Positions 1 to 12,620 of a DNA stretch of 64,000 nucleotides are shown in pieces. The DNA is from Octopus bimaculoides (Eukaryota): the NCBI RefSeq assembly GCF_001194135.2, contig NC_068989.1, positions 75,978,452 to 76,042,451 on the forward strand, given 5' to 3'. The number at the start of each line of letters is the position of its first letter. The stretch's first letter is position 1. The notes beneath the pieces were generated by a model. It worked only from the letters and a program-made list of their open reading frames with translations. It was not told the origin of the DNA and did no database searches. Position numbers and translations under genes: made by a program.

Positions 1-78
1 ATATATATATATTTTTATGTATGTATATATATATGTATGTATATATAATTATATATATATATATATTTACTTGTATAG

Positions 79-137
79 CTATGGTTTTCTCAAGAGAAAA
101 TTCGAGATTACAAATATTATACCAAAGAAACAAATCA
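79..137 (+). CDS. Gene A exon (LWFSQEKIRDYKYYTKETN), homolog of gene B exon 2
   Basis: ttgtatag acceptor, gtaagt donor, 59 nt, phase 0->2; same length and phase as 36813-36871 (MWLSQKESRMYKSY) with similar peptide. Confidence 0.8.
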
Positions 138-284
138 GTAAGTTGCTGGTTTTATTCTCACTTTATAACTCATGTTCCATTGTCCTTGTTGATACCGTTT
201 TTATTGCAGTTCTTATTGTTTAGTTCCGTGTCAAACCTGCACAAAATGATCAGTGACCAAAGGCATTCAGCACACCGAAAACCA

Positions 285-320
<36 letters not shown>

Positions 321-489
321 CTTGTTCTTGTTCTTCTTGTATGAGATCTTTTTGTAAGAAATTTAGGTACAACATATTTAAAACAGACGGTGATGTTTAT
401 AATGTAAATGGAATACCGCTGCTGCAAATAAGATTTGAAATCAGGTCTCGAAATATACAGAACTTCTGGCATTATTAATACGTTTCCCT

Positions 490-1090
490 CGAGGTGGTGA
501 GCTGTCAGAATCGTTAGCACGCCGGGCAAAATGCTTAGCCACTACGTTCTGAGTTCAAATTCCGCCGAGGTTGTCTTTGCATTTCATCTTTTCGGGGTCG
601 ATAAAATAAGCAACCGTCGAGCACTGGAGTCGATGTAATCCCCCTTGTGCCTACAGTAGAAATGATTATTAATGCGTGTCCTAAGGCGGTGAGCTGGCAG
701 AATCTTTAGAACGCCACGCAAAATGCTTAACAGCAGTTCTGAGTTCAAATTCTGCCGAGGTCGAATTTACCTTTCATCTTTTCGGTGTCGACAAAATAAG
801 TCGATGTTCAACTCCTACTTATTCTGAAATTGCTGGCCTTGTCCCAAAACCTGAAGCCTTTATTAAGATGTATCTTAAGGCGGCGAGTTAGCAGAATCGT
901 TAGCATGCCGGATAAAATGCTTAGCGACTTTCCGTTCGTCCTCATGTTCCGAGCTCAAATTCCACCGAGGTCGACTTGCCTTTCATCCTTTCAGGGTCGA
1001 TAAAATAAGTACCAGTTGAGTACTGGGTTGATGTAATCGGCTTAACCCCACAAAAATTTGTGCCAAAATTTGAAATCATTGATAAGCATC
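490..1090 (+). mobile_element. Cluster of three head-to-tail tRNA-derived SINEs (family 'A')
   Basis: Three repeats of ggcggtgagctggcagaatcgttagcacg...gagttcaaattccgccgaggtcgac...gggtcgataaaataagtaccag starting near 490, 685 and 880. Confidence 0.85.
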
Positions 1091-1461
1091 TTAAATGTGT
1101 ACGAAAACAAATTTGTAGTGGGTTTGACTATAATTTTAAAAAATCGATCCTATTTCATGTTTCTTTTACTCATTTACTAGTTTCAATCATTGGACTGCGG
1201 CCATGCTGGGGCACCATATTTAAGTGTTTAGTCGATTACATCGATCTTAGTATTTATTTCAGTCTAATACTCAATTAATCTCTCTCTATTTGTCGGACTG
1301 CTACAAGCATAAAAACAAACAAGACTTCTTTTTCGAAGTGAGCGTCTTAACTACACCACCATGTCAAAGTATAAATGTTTACGCTATATCAAGTAAACTA
1401 ATATTATTCATTCAATAATTTAAATATCTGTCTTCATCTCCTTTTCTTCATTTTACCCTAG

Positions 1462-1523
1462 ATTTTCGCCATATCGGAACAGATCAAATTCTGTTGACGT
1501 TTTAAACTACGTAAGAAAATTTG
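1462..1523 (+). CDS. Gene A exon (FSPYRNRSNSVDVLNYVRKF), homolog of gene B exon 3
   Basis: ttttaccctag acceptor, gtaagt donor, 62 nt, phase 2->1; gene B exon 39699-39760 is also 62 nt with phase 2->1. Confidence 0.8.
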
Positions 1524-1582
1524 GTAAGTATTCATTGCGTAAAGCCCTTTTCTTCTATATGCTGGTTCTCCTGTTACTCAGG

Positions 1583-1963
1583 AGGCGCAATGACCCAGTG
1601 GTTAGGGCAGTGGACTCGCGGTCATAGGATCGCGGTTTCGATTTCCCGACCGGGCGTTGTGAGTGTTTATTGAGCGAAAACACCTAAAGCTCCACGAGGC
1701 TCCGGCATGGGATGGTGGCGAACCCTGCTGTACTCTTTCACCCAAACTTTCTCTCACTCTTACTTCCTGTTTCTGTTGTGCCTGTAATTCAAAGGGTCAG
1801 CCTTGTCACACTGTTTCACACTGAATATCCCCGAGAACTGCGTTAAGGGTATACGTGTCTGTGGAGTGCTCAGCCACTTGCACGTTAATTTCACGAGCAG
1901 GCTGTTCCGTTGATCGGATCAACTGGAACCCTTGACGTCGTAAGCGAAGGAGTGCCAACAACT
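1583..1963 (+). mobile_element. Full-length tRNA-derived SINE (family 'B') with TSD tgttactca
   Basis: A/B-box-like head (tgacccagtggttagggc...ggtttcgatttccc), tail ...gtgccaacaac; tgttactca at 1572-1580 and 1964-1972. Confidence 0.85.
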
Positions 1964-2389
1964 TGTTACTCAAGTTAATAAATCCCACCAGGCTTATGTA
2001 TTCATATCGACAAATACATGCATATAAACACATGTACAACAAAGCGACGATGCGTATAAGTTGTATTGAAAATACGCGTATGTTTTCATTTCATTAAGGC
2101 TTTCTTTTTATATTTTCGTACGTGTTCTTTGGCGTTTGATTTGTAGTCCATCGCAACGTTTCTAAAACTTCACGGTCTCATCTTCTGAATTGAGTAATTT
2201 TGGCAGATGCTTCTATTTCATAGCAGATAGGGCTAATAAACAGTACGTACAATGCCTTGCACTAAACCAAAACCTATCTGTAATAATCTAGAAAACGCAC
2301 AAATTAAAACTTCGTTATGAATAACAAACCAAAAGGCTATAAACCTAAGAGCAACATGATAAATTTGAACTATATATTTGAGTGTAAAT

Positions 2390-2601
2390 TGTTGTTGTTG
2401 GCACTTCGTCGCTTACGACGTCGAGGGTTACAGTTAATCCGATCAACGGAACAACCTGCTCGTGAAATTAACGTGCAAGTGGCTGAGCACTCCACAGACA
2501 CGTGTACTCTTAACGTAGTTCTCGGGGATATTCAGCGTAACACAGTGTGACAAGGCTGACCCTTTGGATTACAGGCACAACAGAAACAGGAAGTAAGTGA
2601 C
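2390..2601 (-). mobile_element. SINE family B 3' half, inverted
   Basis: Reverse complement of about 1760-1963 with roughly 90% identity by eye. Confidence 0.85.
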
Positions 2602-3319
2602 AAACTGGAAAAGCTAAAGTTTTCAAAAAACTAAAAAATAAAAGTAAAATAAAAATAAATTCAAACAACTTACATGCATATTATAATTACAATCTTTAAA
2701 CGGAAAAACAAAAATAATGCAAAAAGTTTCTCATGTTCAAAATGTAAATTTGTTTTTGTGATCAACATTCCAGCGCTGAAACGCTGGGGCTTTCTTGTAC
2801 ATTTGTTAGAAACCATCTTCTTCTTTACAAGAAGATATTTACAAAATTTTGTAAAGAATAACGGGTCCATAGACAAAAAAATATCGTTGAGAACTCCTGG
2901 GCTAGACCAATCACATTGGGAATAGGCAGTACCTTCTATTAAGTATCAGCAACGTACTTAATCTAAATAATGAGATTCTAAGGGCATTAGGAGGTTATTG
3001 ATAGATTTAAACCTAAACTGTTCCAAAGAGGCTGGAAAACACTCAAGAGAGTATTAAAAGAGCATTAACTAACTTACTAACATACGCTTATTGACGACGG
3101 TCTATTTTAATTTGTACTTATTTCCCTTACTCCACTCTCGCCTTCAAAAGCGAAACAGAGTTGTCTCCCATACTTGCAGATGAAATTACGCATAGTTTGT
3201 TCATCTATGTACCTTAAACATCGGAAACACATTTTCGTTGTGTGTATCTGTATATAGGAGTATGTATACATGCATAAGTGTATGTATACACATGTATGTC
3301 TGTGTATGTTTGTGTATGC

Positions 3320-3322
3320 CTA

Positions 3323-3382
<60 letters not shown>

Positions 3383-3425
3383 CGTGTATATGTGTGCATA
3401 TATATATATATAAATATCTGGATGA

Positions 3426-3478
<53 letters not shown>
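3320..3478. repeat. (TATC)n and (CA)n microsatellites
   Basis: Directly visible; many similar (CA)n, (TA)n, (AAT)n, (GA)n tracts occur across the window (e.g. 4988-5092, 10247-10320, 23343-23428, 53975-54073). Confidence 0.95.
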
Positions 3479-3481
<3 letters not shown>

Positions 3482-3809
3482 GGTCCAAATGACACCACGG
3501 TCATTCCCGCAGACATGTTCATACTTGTAATATGATCTAAAAAGGTATTTAAATATCCACAACTCAGACGAGACAAACAACACTGTACCACTTGAGGTGA
3601 AACATATTTTCACTGTTCGTAATGAGAATTTGATACAGCTCTCTGTCACAAAAGTCACTTACGTACACAGGCACGAAAGAAGTGGTCAGGCTTTGAATAA
3701 GCGCAGAATACCCTATCCGTCTGTCTGCCTGTCTGTGTGTCTGTCTGTCTGTCTCTGTGTGTCTCTGTCTGCTTGTCTGTCTGTCTATCTGTTTGCCTTT
3801 CTCTGTGTC

Positions 3810-3845
<36 letters not shown>

Positions 3846-4149
3846 AACGGGTAAGCACATAACACAGAACAAGGCGGAAAAATAGTATTCGAATACCGAA
3901 GGTAGAGCTATATGATTGTATTAAGAGTGCAAAATCCTTCACAAACTATTACTCAAAGTTTTAAGTTACCGTTCGTCGGACAGTTGTGATCATGCTGTCT
4001 GACGAATGCTAATGTGAAACTCTGAGTAACAGCTTTTGGAGATTTTTGCAGCTTTAATAAAAGTATACATACATACATATATACTTACATACATAAACAC
4101 ACATGTACATACATATACATATATAGATACATATTACAGCAATGGAGTT

Positions 4150-5345
<1,196 letters not shown>

Positions 5346-5573
5346 TTGTTGTGACTTGACAGACAGTACAAAACCACGGTGTATACAACATCTTCAATCT
5401 ACAACAACGTCGCAGTGGATACTGTGCGACGTCTTCAATAATAACATAAAAGTGTATGCAAATTTTAATGAATATTATGTCTACCACGATAAAATTATTC
5501 TATCCTTATAGCACCGTTCTCAGAACGAATCACTTACCTAACAAGTTTAACAAAGGAATATGTTATATTTCAG

Positions 5574-5661
5574 AAAAAAGAAACAAAGTGAACCTTGCTG
5601 AAAGAATGTCAATATATTCATTGAAATTGCCTACCAAATTACTTAGCACTAAAAGACCACG
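5574..5661 (+). CDS. Gene A linker exon (EKRNKVNLAERMSIYSLKLPTKLLSTKRPR)
   Basis: atatttcag acceptor, gtaatt donor, 88 nt, phase 1->2; bridges the flanking exons in frame; gene B counterpart is 85 nt with the same phases. Confidence 0.7.
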
Positions 5662-6399
5662 GTAATTTTGTTCTATTTTTTTGTTCGTTTTAAAAACTTT
5701 TGATGTTTATTATTCTATTAGTTTCTTTTGACTAGGCCTTCTGGTGTAAAATTTGTAGTTTGAGTTGTGACCGATCGTATTGTTTCTATTCATTATGATA
5801 TTTTGTAATGGTCAAATCATGATGTAGGTATATATAATATAGTTTTGTCAGGGAAATAATGTAAGTGAGGTGAAATTTTATCCACTAATTAGGAACTGAA
5901 TCCGTGTATATTGTGCTTATTTACCGATACCTTATCTGTTACACAATGACACCTTATCTGTCGTGCAATGACACCGTCTATATAAAGATTATTTTGACTC
6001 CACTTTGATTTATTGTGATCAGATTTATAATATGTGACCGATTAATATTTAGATTTAGTGAATCTCTAAGCTATAAAATAGCTGGAAGTCTCTTATAAGA
6101 AAATTACACTAAATGGTCTAACAGAAATTAGAAACGTTTATGCCTTTGAAATTTTTAAATCTCCAAGCAGTTTGTAAGTTATAAGCTGGAGATTATTTAG
6201 CTAATATCTCAACATGGCAGTGGTTGTGACAAACATTGTTTCTCCAATGTCATTTGTTACAAAAAGAAAATCGAAGTTATTTCAACTGTGTATCGCACCT
6301 GATCTACGTGGTCATAGCCTCGACTTGTCAAAAGCTCCTTGAGTTCGGGTTTCCGATATACATGTTAGCTTTTCTAGTAATTAACGATTCACATTTATA

Positions 6400-6725
6400 A
6401 GGTAGTGGAATTAGTGGTTGGGTAATCGGTTCACGATCTTGTGATTGTAAGTTCGATTCCCGGTGACGCGTTGTGTCTTGGAGCAAGACATTTTATTTCA
6501 CATTGCTCCAGTCCACTCAGCTGGCAAAAATGAGTTGTACCTGTAATTCAAAAAGGGCCAATCTTGTGACATTCTGAGTCATGCTGAATCTCCCTGAGAA
6601 CCACGCTAAAGGTAGGCGTATCTGTAGAGAGGCTCAGCCACTTGTACGTTAATTTCAAGAGAAGGCTGTTACGTTGATCGGATCAACTGAAACACTCGTC
6701 GTTGTAAACGACAGAATGCCTGGAC
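6400..6725 (+). mobile_element. SINE, family B variant
   Basis: tRNA-like head, gtcttggagcaagac core and the family B tail gttgatcggatcaactg. Confidence 0.75.
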
Positions 6726-6899
6726 AGGTAGGAGGAGCAGTTAGAGAATAGCAACATAAAGCAAATGAATAAGATTAAAATATCAAAATATCAAAACTTC
6801 ATGGCATGTTCAAAGATGTAGTTCAATAGTTCCTGTACGATATTTACCAATTCTAGCATGAGCAAAGAAGGATATGATGAATGCCAGTGTGACTCTCTC

Positions 6900-7300
6900 T
6901 TTTATTCTTTTATTTGTTTCAGTTATTTGACTGTGGCCATGCTGGAGCACCGCCTTTAGTCGAACAAATCGACGCTAGGACTTATTCTTTGTAACTCTAG
7001 AACTTATTCAATCGGTCTCATTTGTCGAGCCAGTAAGTTACAGGAACGTAAGCAAACCAATATCGGTTATCAAGCGATGGTGGGGGGGGCAAACACAGAC
7101 ACACACGCATATACACACACATACATTTATATATACGACGGGCCTCTGTCAGTTTCCATCTACCAAATCCACTCACAAGGCGTTGCTCGGCCCGAGGCTA
7201 TGGTAGAAAACACTTGCCCAAGGTGCCACGCAGTGGGACTGAACCCAGAACCATGTGGTTGGGAAGCAAGCTTCTTACCACAGAGTCACGCCTGCGCCTG
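6900..7300 (-). mobile_element. SINE family 'C' (internal CA/TA microsatellite)
   Basis: Reverse complement of the 18930-19390 element (ggtaag...ccacatggttctgggttcagtccc...gcaccttgggcaagtg). Confidence 0.85.
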
Positions 7301-7652
7301 TGTGAATAGCTATGATTTCATATTTAATCACAAGTAATATCATTTTATAATGCCAGAAATGAGGAAGCATATCACAGGTGCATTACTGTCAGAGATTTGC
7401 GCAATACAAAAAACAAAACAAAACAAAATAAAATACATGTTAATTTGTTTAAAGGTATTTCTCAGTAATTTCTTAACTGTAATGGAAACGGTCGGCACCA
7501 CTTTGCAGATCACTGCCGAAAGTCTTATCATTGTTTGTTAATTAAGAAAGAGTTATGTCCCTTCTCAAAGCAATAAATTGCGTCCGCAACTGTTTTATTA
7601 ATAAGCTCTATGGCGTATTGCATGGTTATTGTATCTATTATTTCATTTCTAG

Positions 7653-7785
7653 GATAATAACAAAGAGATTATCAAATATCGAAGCAGAACATTTAGCATG
7701 TGAATTGACTTACATAAATAAGATACTTCTTTTGAAAGTAAGGATAGATGATGTACAGAGTATAAACTCCCAATGTATTTCAGAG
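7653..7785 (+). CDS. Gene A exon, start of RasGEF domain (LSNIEAEHLACELTYINKILLLKV)
   Basis: catttctag/gtaaga, phase 2->0; matches the RasGEF opening motif 'elAxqLTxxxxxlf'; paralogous to 51867-51990. Confidence 0.88.
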
Positions 7786-8381
7786 GTAAGATTCGGCGGT
7801 TTTTTGCATCGCTATTCTAACTGCAAAACTTGTATGGTAATATATGAATAAAAATTGTTGAGATTAAGTCCTCAAAATCGCGATGACATTCACTTAAATA
7901 TTTGACTCGAAAAATTTCACACTTTCATGTATAGATGCTCATGTGTAAGAATATAAATGCATGCATACAGATAGATGGACAGAATAGAAACATAGACATG
8001 CAAACACATGCTTTTATGTATTTTGTGGCACAAAGACCTAAAAATATTCAATACTCTCCTTTGTTTGAAGAGTAGAATCTGCTAAGTTTGTCAAACATGG
8101 AACGAAGGGATTACAAAATCAAACGAAAGGTTTGAACATTGCGGTTGAATTTATTCAGTCGTCAAGTCCACAAACATCTTTGACGGTCTCTTGCTCCCGT
8201 CCATACAAAAGCAAGATGGCTGTGTGAACGAGATTCTCGGCAGTATGTGTCTTTGCGCTTACCATATTTCTTGCACTGCAGCGTTTGTTACATTGTCTTT
8301 ACTGATTCTGTCCAGTCTGCGAAAGAATCACATCTCATAAATAACAAAACATTAAAAGCGTAGGAAAAGACTTAAATGAAG

Positions 8382-8384
<3 letters not shown>

Positions 8385-8466
<82 letters not shown>

Positions 8467-8787
8467 CGCCCGCCAACACCGTGGTACTTTGTATTTCTTT
8501 TTGTGTGTGCAGATGTACGCAAATAACAGTCTGGTAATATGGATGACGTTCTCAGAACAAATGAGGAATATGGTTGTTGCAGAAGTGGTCATTCAAAAAG
8601 ATATGCTTGAAAGATTACAAGCCATGCGCTATTTCATGAAGGTAAAAACCAAGGAAGTATTTATCTCGCTCACACTTATACATACATACATACATACATA
8701 CATACATACATACATACATACATACATTCATACATACATACATACATACATACATACATGCATTCATACATACATACATACATACAC

Positions 8788-8819
<32 letters not shown>

Positions 8820-9017
8820 TCATACATACTTACATGCATGCATACATGCATACATACACATTTTACATACATACATACCAACATATACACATACATACAT
8901 ACATACATACATACACACATACATACACATATATACATATATACACACATGCATACACATACATGCACACATGCACACATACATACATGCACACATACAT
9001 ACATACACACATACATA
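8385..9017. repeat. (TC)n tract (8385-8464) and long (ATAC)n compound microsatellite (8677-9017) flanking exon 8513-8641
   Basis: Directly visible in the sequence. Confidence 0.95.
8513..8641 (+). CDS. Gene A RasGEF exon (MYANNSLVIWMTFSEQMRNMVVAEVVIQKDMLERLQAMRYFMK)
   Basis: gtgtgcag/gtaaaa, 129 nt, phase 0->0; resembles 'VxxEIl...R...i.kfi'; 17/43 aa identical to 52295-52423 (also 129 nt). Confidence 0.9.
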
Positions 9018-9049
9018 TGTTATATTTTTTACTGTTTTCAGGTATTTGA

Positions 9050-9430
9050 TTATAGACATCCTGGGGCATGCTGGGACATGACTAAAACTCTTGAAGTGTT
9101 GTAGTCGAATAAATCGACCCCTGGACTTAATTTTTTTATGCCTAGTACTTATTCTATCAGGTGATTTTGCTGAACCACTAAGTTACGGGGACATAAACAC
9201 ATCAACACCGTTTGTCAAGCGGTGGAGGGGGACAAACACAATAACACACACTTAGATATATGCATATAATATATGCGACAGGTTTCTTTCAGTTTCCGTT
9301 TACCAAATCCACTCACAAAGCTTTGGTCGGCCCAAGGATGAAGTTAAACAGACTTGCCTAAGTTGTCACCCAGTGGGACTGAACGCAGAACCATGTGGTT
9401 GGGAAGTAAGTTTCTTACCACACAGCCAAA
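9050..9430 (-). mobile_element. SINE family C
   Basis: Same blocks as 6900-7300 (ccaaatccactcacaaagctttggtcggccc; accatgtggttgggaag). Confidence 0.8.
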
Positions 9431-9459
9431 CATACATACAACATTCATAGATGATTATT

Positions 9460-9750
9460 TCTACTCTGGGTACAAGCTCTTGACAATTCTGGGGGAAGGG
9501 GCCTAGTCAATTATATCAACTCCAGTGCATAACTGGTACTTATTTCATCGATCCTGAAAGGATGAAAGGCAAAGTCGACCTCGGTGGAATTTGAACTCAG
9601 AACGTAGCTGTAGACTAAATACCGCTAAGCGTTTCTCCGCCATACTAACGATTCTTATTTCTTTATTGCCCACAAGGGGCTAAACATAGAGGAACAAACA
9701 AGGACAGACAAAGGGATTAAGTCGATTACATCGACCCCAGTGCGTATTTA
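9460..9750 (-). mobile_element. SINE family A (minus) plus an adjacent SINE tail fragment
   Basis: ggatgaaaggcaaagtcgacctcggtggaatttgaactcagaacg is the reverse complement of the family A body. Confidence 0.8.
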
Positions 9751-9832
9751 TTTATTTTAATAAGATGAGAAAATAGAGAGCTAATTAGTAAATTATTGTT
9801 TATTAATTAAAAACATTGATTAACATCCCTTA

Positions 9833-10039
9833 CAACTGTTTCAATTCCAGGCCTTCAGAAAATTAATTAATAAAAATAAAAAATTATTTGAAAGTAGAAT
9901 CTCGTCAGAGGTAGTTTCTTCAACATGCAGGAATTGAACACTTATTTTGTATCTTAAGCTACCTCCGACGAAATTTGACTTTCAAATTATTTTAAATTTA
10001 ATTAATTAATTTTCTGAAGGTCTGGAATTGAAACAGCTG
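9833..10039. mobile_element. MITE-like fold-back element with about 82-bp inverted arms and TA target duplication
   Basis: caactgtttcaattccaggccttcagaaaattaattaa...gaggtag versus ctacctcc...ttaattaattttctgaaggtctggaattgaaacagctg; TA at 9831-9832 and 10040-10041. Confidence 0.8.
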
Positions 10040-10075
10040 TAAGTAACATTCTGAATATTTTTGTTTTATTTAAAG

Positions 10076-10209
10076 GTTGCCATTGTTTGTTGGAAGATAC
10101 AAAACTTCAATACGACAGCCAACATACTTTGTGCTTTTCACTCCCCAGCAATTTATAACCTGAAGAAAGCATGGGACTGTTTCAAGATGAAATATCCCTT
10201 CACATATCA
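10076..10209 (+). CDS. Gene A RasGEF exon (VAIVCWKIQNFNTTANILCAFHSPAIYNLKKAWDCFKMKYPFTY)
   Basis: tttaaag/gtacgt, 134 nt, phase 0->2; contains the RasGEF 'A..c..lxNFn...I...l.s..i.rL..tW' pattern; 27/44 aa identical to 56397-56530. Confidence 0.92.
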
Positions 10210-10260
10210 GTACGTATTTTTACTGTTGCTAACTATATACTACAAATAATAATAATAATG

Positions 10261-10317
<57 letters not shown>

Positions 10318-10399
10318 TTAATAGAAGTGAGAGAAAATGAAGCATTTCAAAACAAACTAAACGAGATGTAACTGCCTATTTATTCATAACTTCAAAAGG

Positions 10400-11035
10400 G
10401 AGCAGGATTAATGGAAATACTGGAGCGTCGAACAAAATGCTTTACGGCTTTTGTCCTGACTCCGTACATTCTGAGTTTAAATACTGTTGAGGTCAACTTT
10501 GCCTTTCATCCCTCCGAAGTCGATAAAACAATGTACCAGTCAAGTACTGGGGTAGATTTAATCGGCTAATACCCTTCCCCAAATTTTCAGGACTTGTTCA
10601 TAATTTCAAGGTCTGTTTTATGACCTGACGGTTACTCGCTTGTATGGATTATAGAAACGTAGCTAAGTACATAATAGATTAGCGTGGTACAATACTCACT
10701 ACTAGTTCACAACGGTCTGCAAAACTTATATTACGTGCGCACATGTGTGTGTTTGTGTGCATGTGAGTGTGTGTGTGCGTGCGTGAACTTGAAAACAAAT
10801 CACTTATATTCCATTGTACTATAGGCACAAGTTTCGAAATTTCGGAGAAAGAGTAAGTCAGTTACATCGACCCCGCCTCACCACCAGTGCTCAACTGGTA
10901 CTTATTTTATCGATCTCGAAAGGATGAAAGGCAAAGGCCATCACAGCAGAATTTGAACTTAGAATGTAAAGACGGACGAAATGCCACTAAGCATTTTGTC
11001 CGGAGTCCTAACGATTCTACTGGCTCACCGCCTTT
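10400..11035. mobile_element. Two family A SINEs in opposite orientation (+10400-10600, -10820-11035)
   Basis: tttgcctttcatccctccgaagtcgataaa (+) and ttatcgatctcgaaaggatgaaaggcaaa (-). Confidence 0.75.
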
Positions 11036-11472
11036 AAGAAGGAATCTTTAAGAATGTTAAACATAAGAAAGAGTTAAAAAGCAGTGAATGTGTTATAATT
11101 CGAAGGTTCTAAACAACGAGACTAAAGGCGAGTGGACTTGTGGTTAAAGTAGTGGGCTCAAGAATTTTACATAATAGGTTCGATTCTTGGACCGTGCAGT
11201 ACACTGTGTCCTTGAGCAAGATACTTCATTTCACGTAATACGGTCCACTCAGCTAAGAATTGTCCTTTGGGCAACTGGGGGGAAATTGGCGTCCGTTCAC
11301 GTCAGAGAAAGTCTGGTGTTCCGAATTACCTAAGACATTCAATACTTCATTTCATTGTACCATCCATTTTTATATTATATATTATATATTCCATATTCTA
11401 TATCCCACATTAATTTTACAAGAATATAAATAAAACATAAAAAACAGACAGAGTTGGAACTCTTTTAAATAA

Positions 11473-11507
<35 letters not shown>

Positions 11508-11508
<1 letters not shown>

Positions 11509-12307
11509 TGGCAAACGCCCCCGCCCATTGGATGATGTAAATTCATGATAGAACTGGAGTCTAAAATAGTGCAATTCCGCTTCTGTCTATGCTTAAAATT
11601 GAGGATTATTTGACATAGTTGAGACGTTAAATCAAAAATAAGTGGTATTCAAAAGGGAACATGTTTTGCAGATATCGGGTTTTTAAATGTGAAAATATGG
11701 AAAATTATCGTTCGGAATGCCGTTTAATTAACTGGATGGCTGAAGAATTGGTACAAAAAGCATACACGACATTGCTATGGACATGAAAGCAATCTGTAAG
11801 AAAATATGTTTAATTGCAATATGAAATTATCTGAGGCATCTGGGAGACTGCATTGAAATGAAAAAAATGCTTGACTTTAACAACGGGCATTTGTTGGAAG
11901 ATTAACATAACTTATCGTGAAAAGTAAATAAGCGCAATAAGGGCCAACCTGAAGGGATTTCAACTCAACGGAAAAACTATTGGAGGCTGCCTTGTAAACC
12001 ACGTTTTTTGTCAATGTTTCGGGAGTGTAGTAGAAGAGATTGGCCGAGTTTCCAAATCTGGAACACTCCATGTACAGCTGTCCGTGTGAAAAGCATGGTG
12101 TATTGAGGTCCAGCCCAACCACTTATAGTGACTGATATTGGGCTTTGTTAATGGTCATAGCAAAGCTTAATCGAATGGGGAATTGGACTCTTTCCATCGC
12201 AAAGACACAGTTAGACGGAATAAGTGGAACTCGGGGAATAATAGCAGACTCACCAGTGCCTTTTCCTGTTATGATTGTGGCTTCGAGAGCGTTATCTAAC
12301 ATTTTCT
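11508..12307 (-). mobile_element. Helitron remnant: PIF1-like helicase C-terminus and 3' region
   Basis: Minus-strand peptide ...[44 protein letters not shown]...TKNVVYK is the Helitron RepHel C-terminus with an internal stop; the end resembles CCAG|T (a CTRR variant). Confidence 0.85.
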
Positions 12308-12322
12308 TAAAGACCAGGCTAC

Positions 12323-12382
<60 letters not shown>

Positions 12383-12397
12383 GTAGCCTGGTCTTTA
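12308..12397. repeat. Perfect 90-bp palindrome centred on (AT)26
   Basis: taaagaccaggctacgtac-(AT)26-gtacgtagcctggtcttta. Confidence 0.95.
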
Positions 12398-12620
12398 GGC
12401 GTGTTACACTCATGATTGCTAGGTTGTGGGTTCGATTCTCTAACCGGGTGACACGTTGTGCTCTTAAGCAAAGGACTTCATTTCACGTTGCTCCAGCCTA
12501 CGCAGCTGTAAATGGGTAAACTTGCAAGGACTAGTCATCCGATACATATTCCTACGCTATATTTGTTTCAAAGATATCTTCCTCATTGTGTATGCTTAAT
12601 AACTCTTGTATGTCTCACAG

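Noticed and set aside
1583-1660. tRNA-like sequences (also at 6410, 11130, 12385, 18935)
   Set aside because: Degenerate A/B-box heads that run on into SINE bodies; no intact cloverleaf, so not called tRNA genes.
1806-2550. Two ORFs with near-identical peptides (LIRSTEQPAREINVQVAEHSTDT) on opposite strands
   Set aside because: Both are antisense readings of SINE family B copies.
3480-3530. Alternative candidate for gene A's phase 1->2 exon (VGPNDTTVIPAD)
   Set aside because: The acceptor is a (CA)n run and no good phase-2 donor exists; 5574-5661 fits better.
8489-9104. Multiple overlapping ORFs rich in HTYI/MYVC (and similar ones at 3238-3942, 4881-5165, 20111-20407, 53860-54205)
   Set aside because: These are translations of microsatellites; only the spliced exon 8513-8641 is supported.
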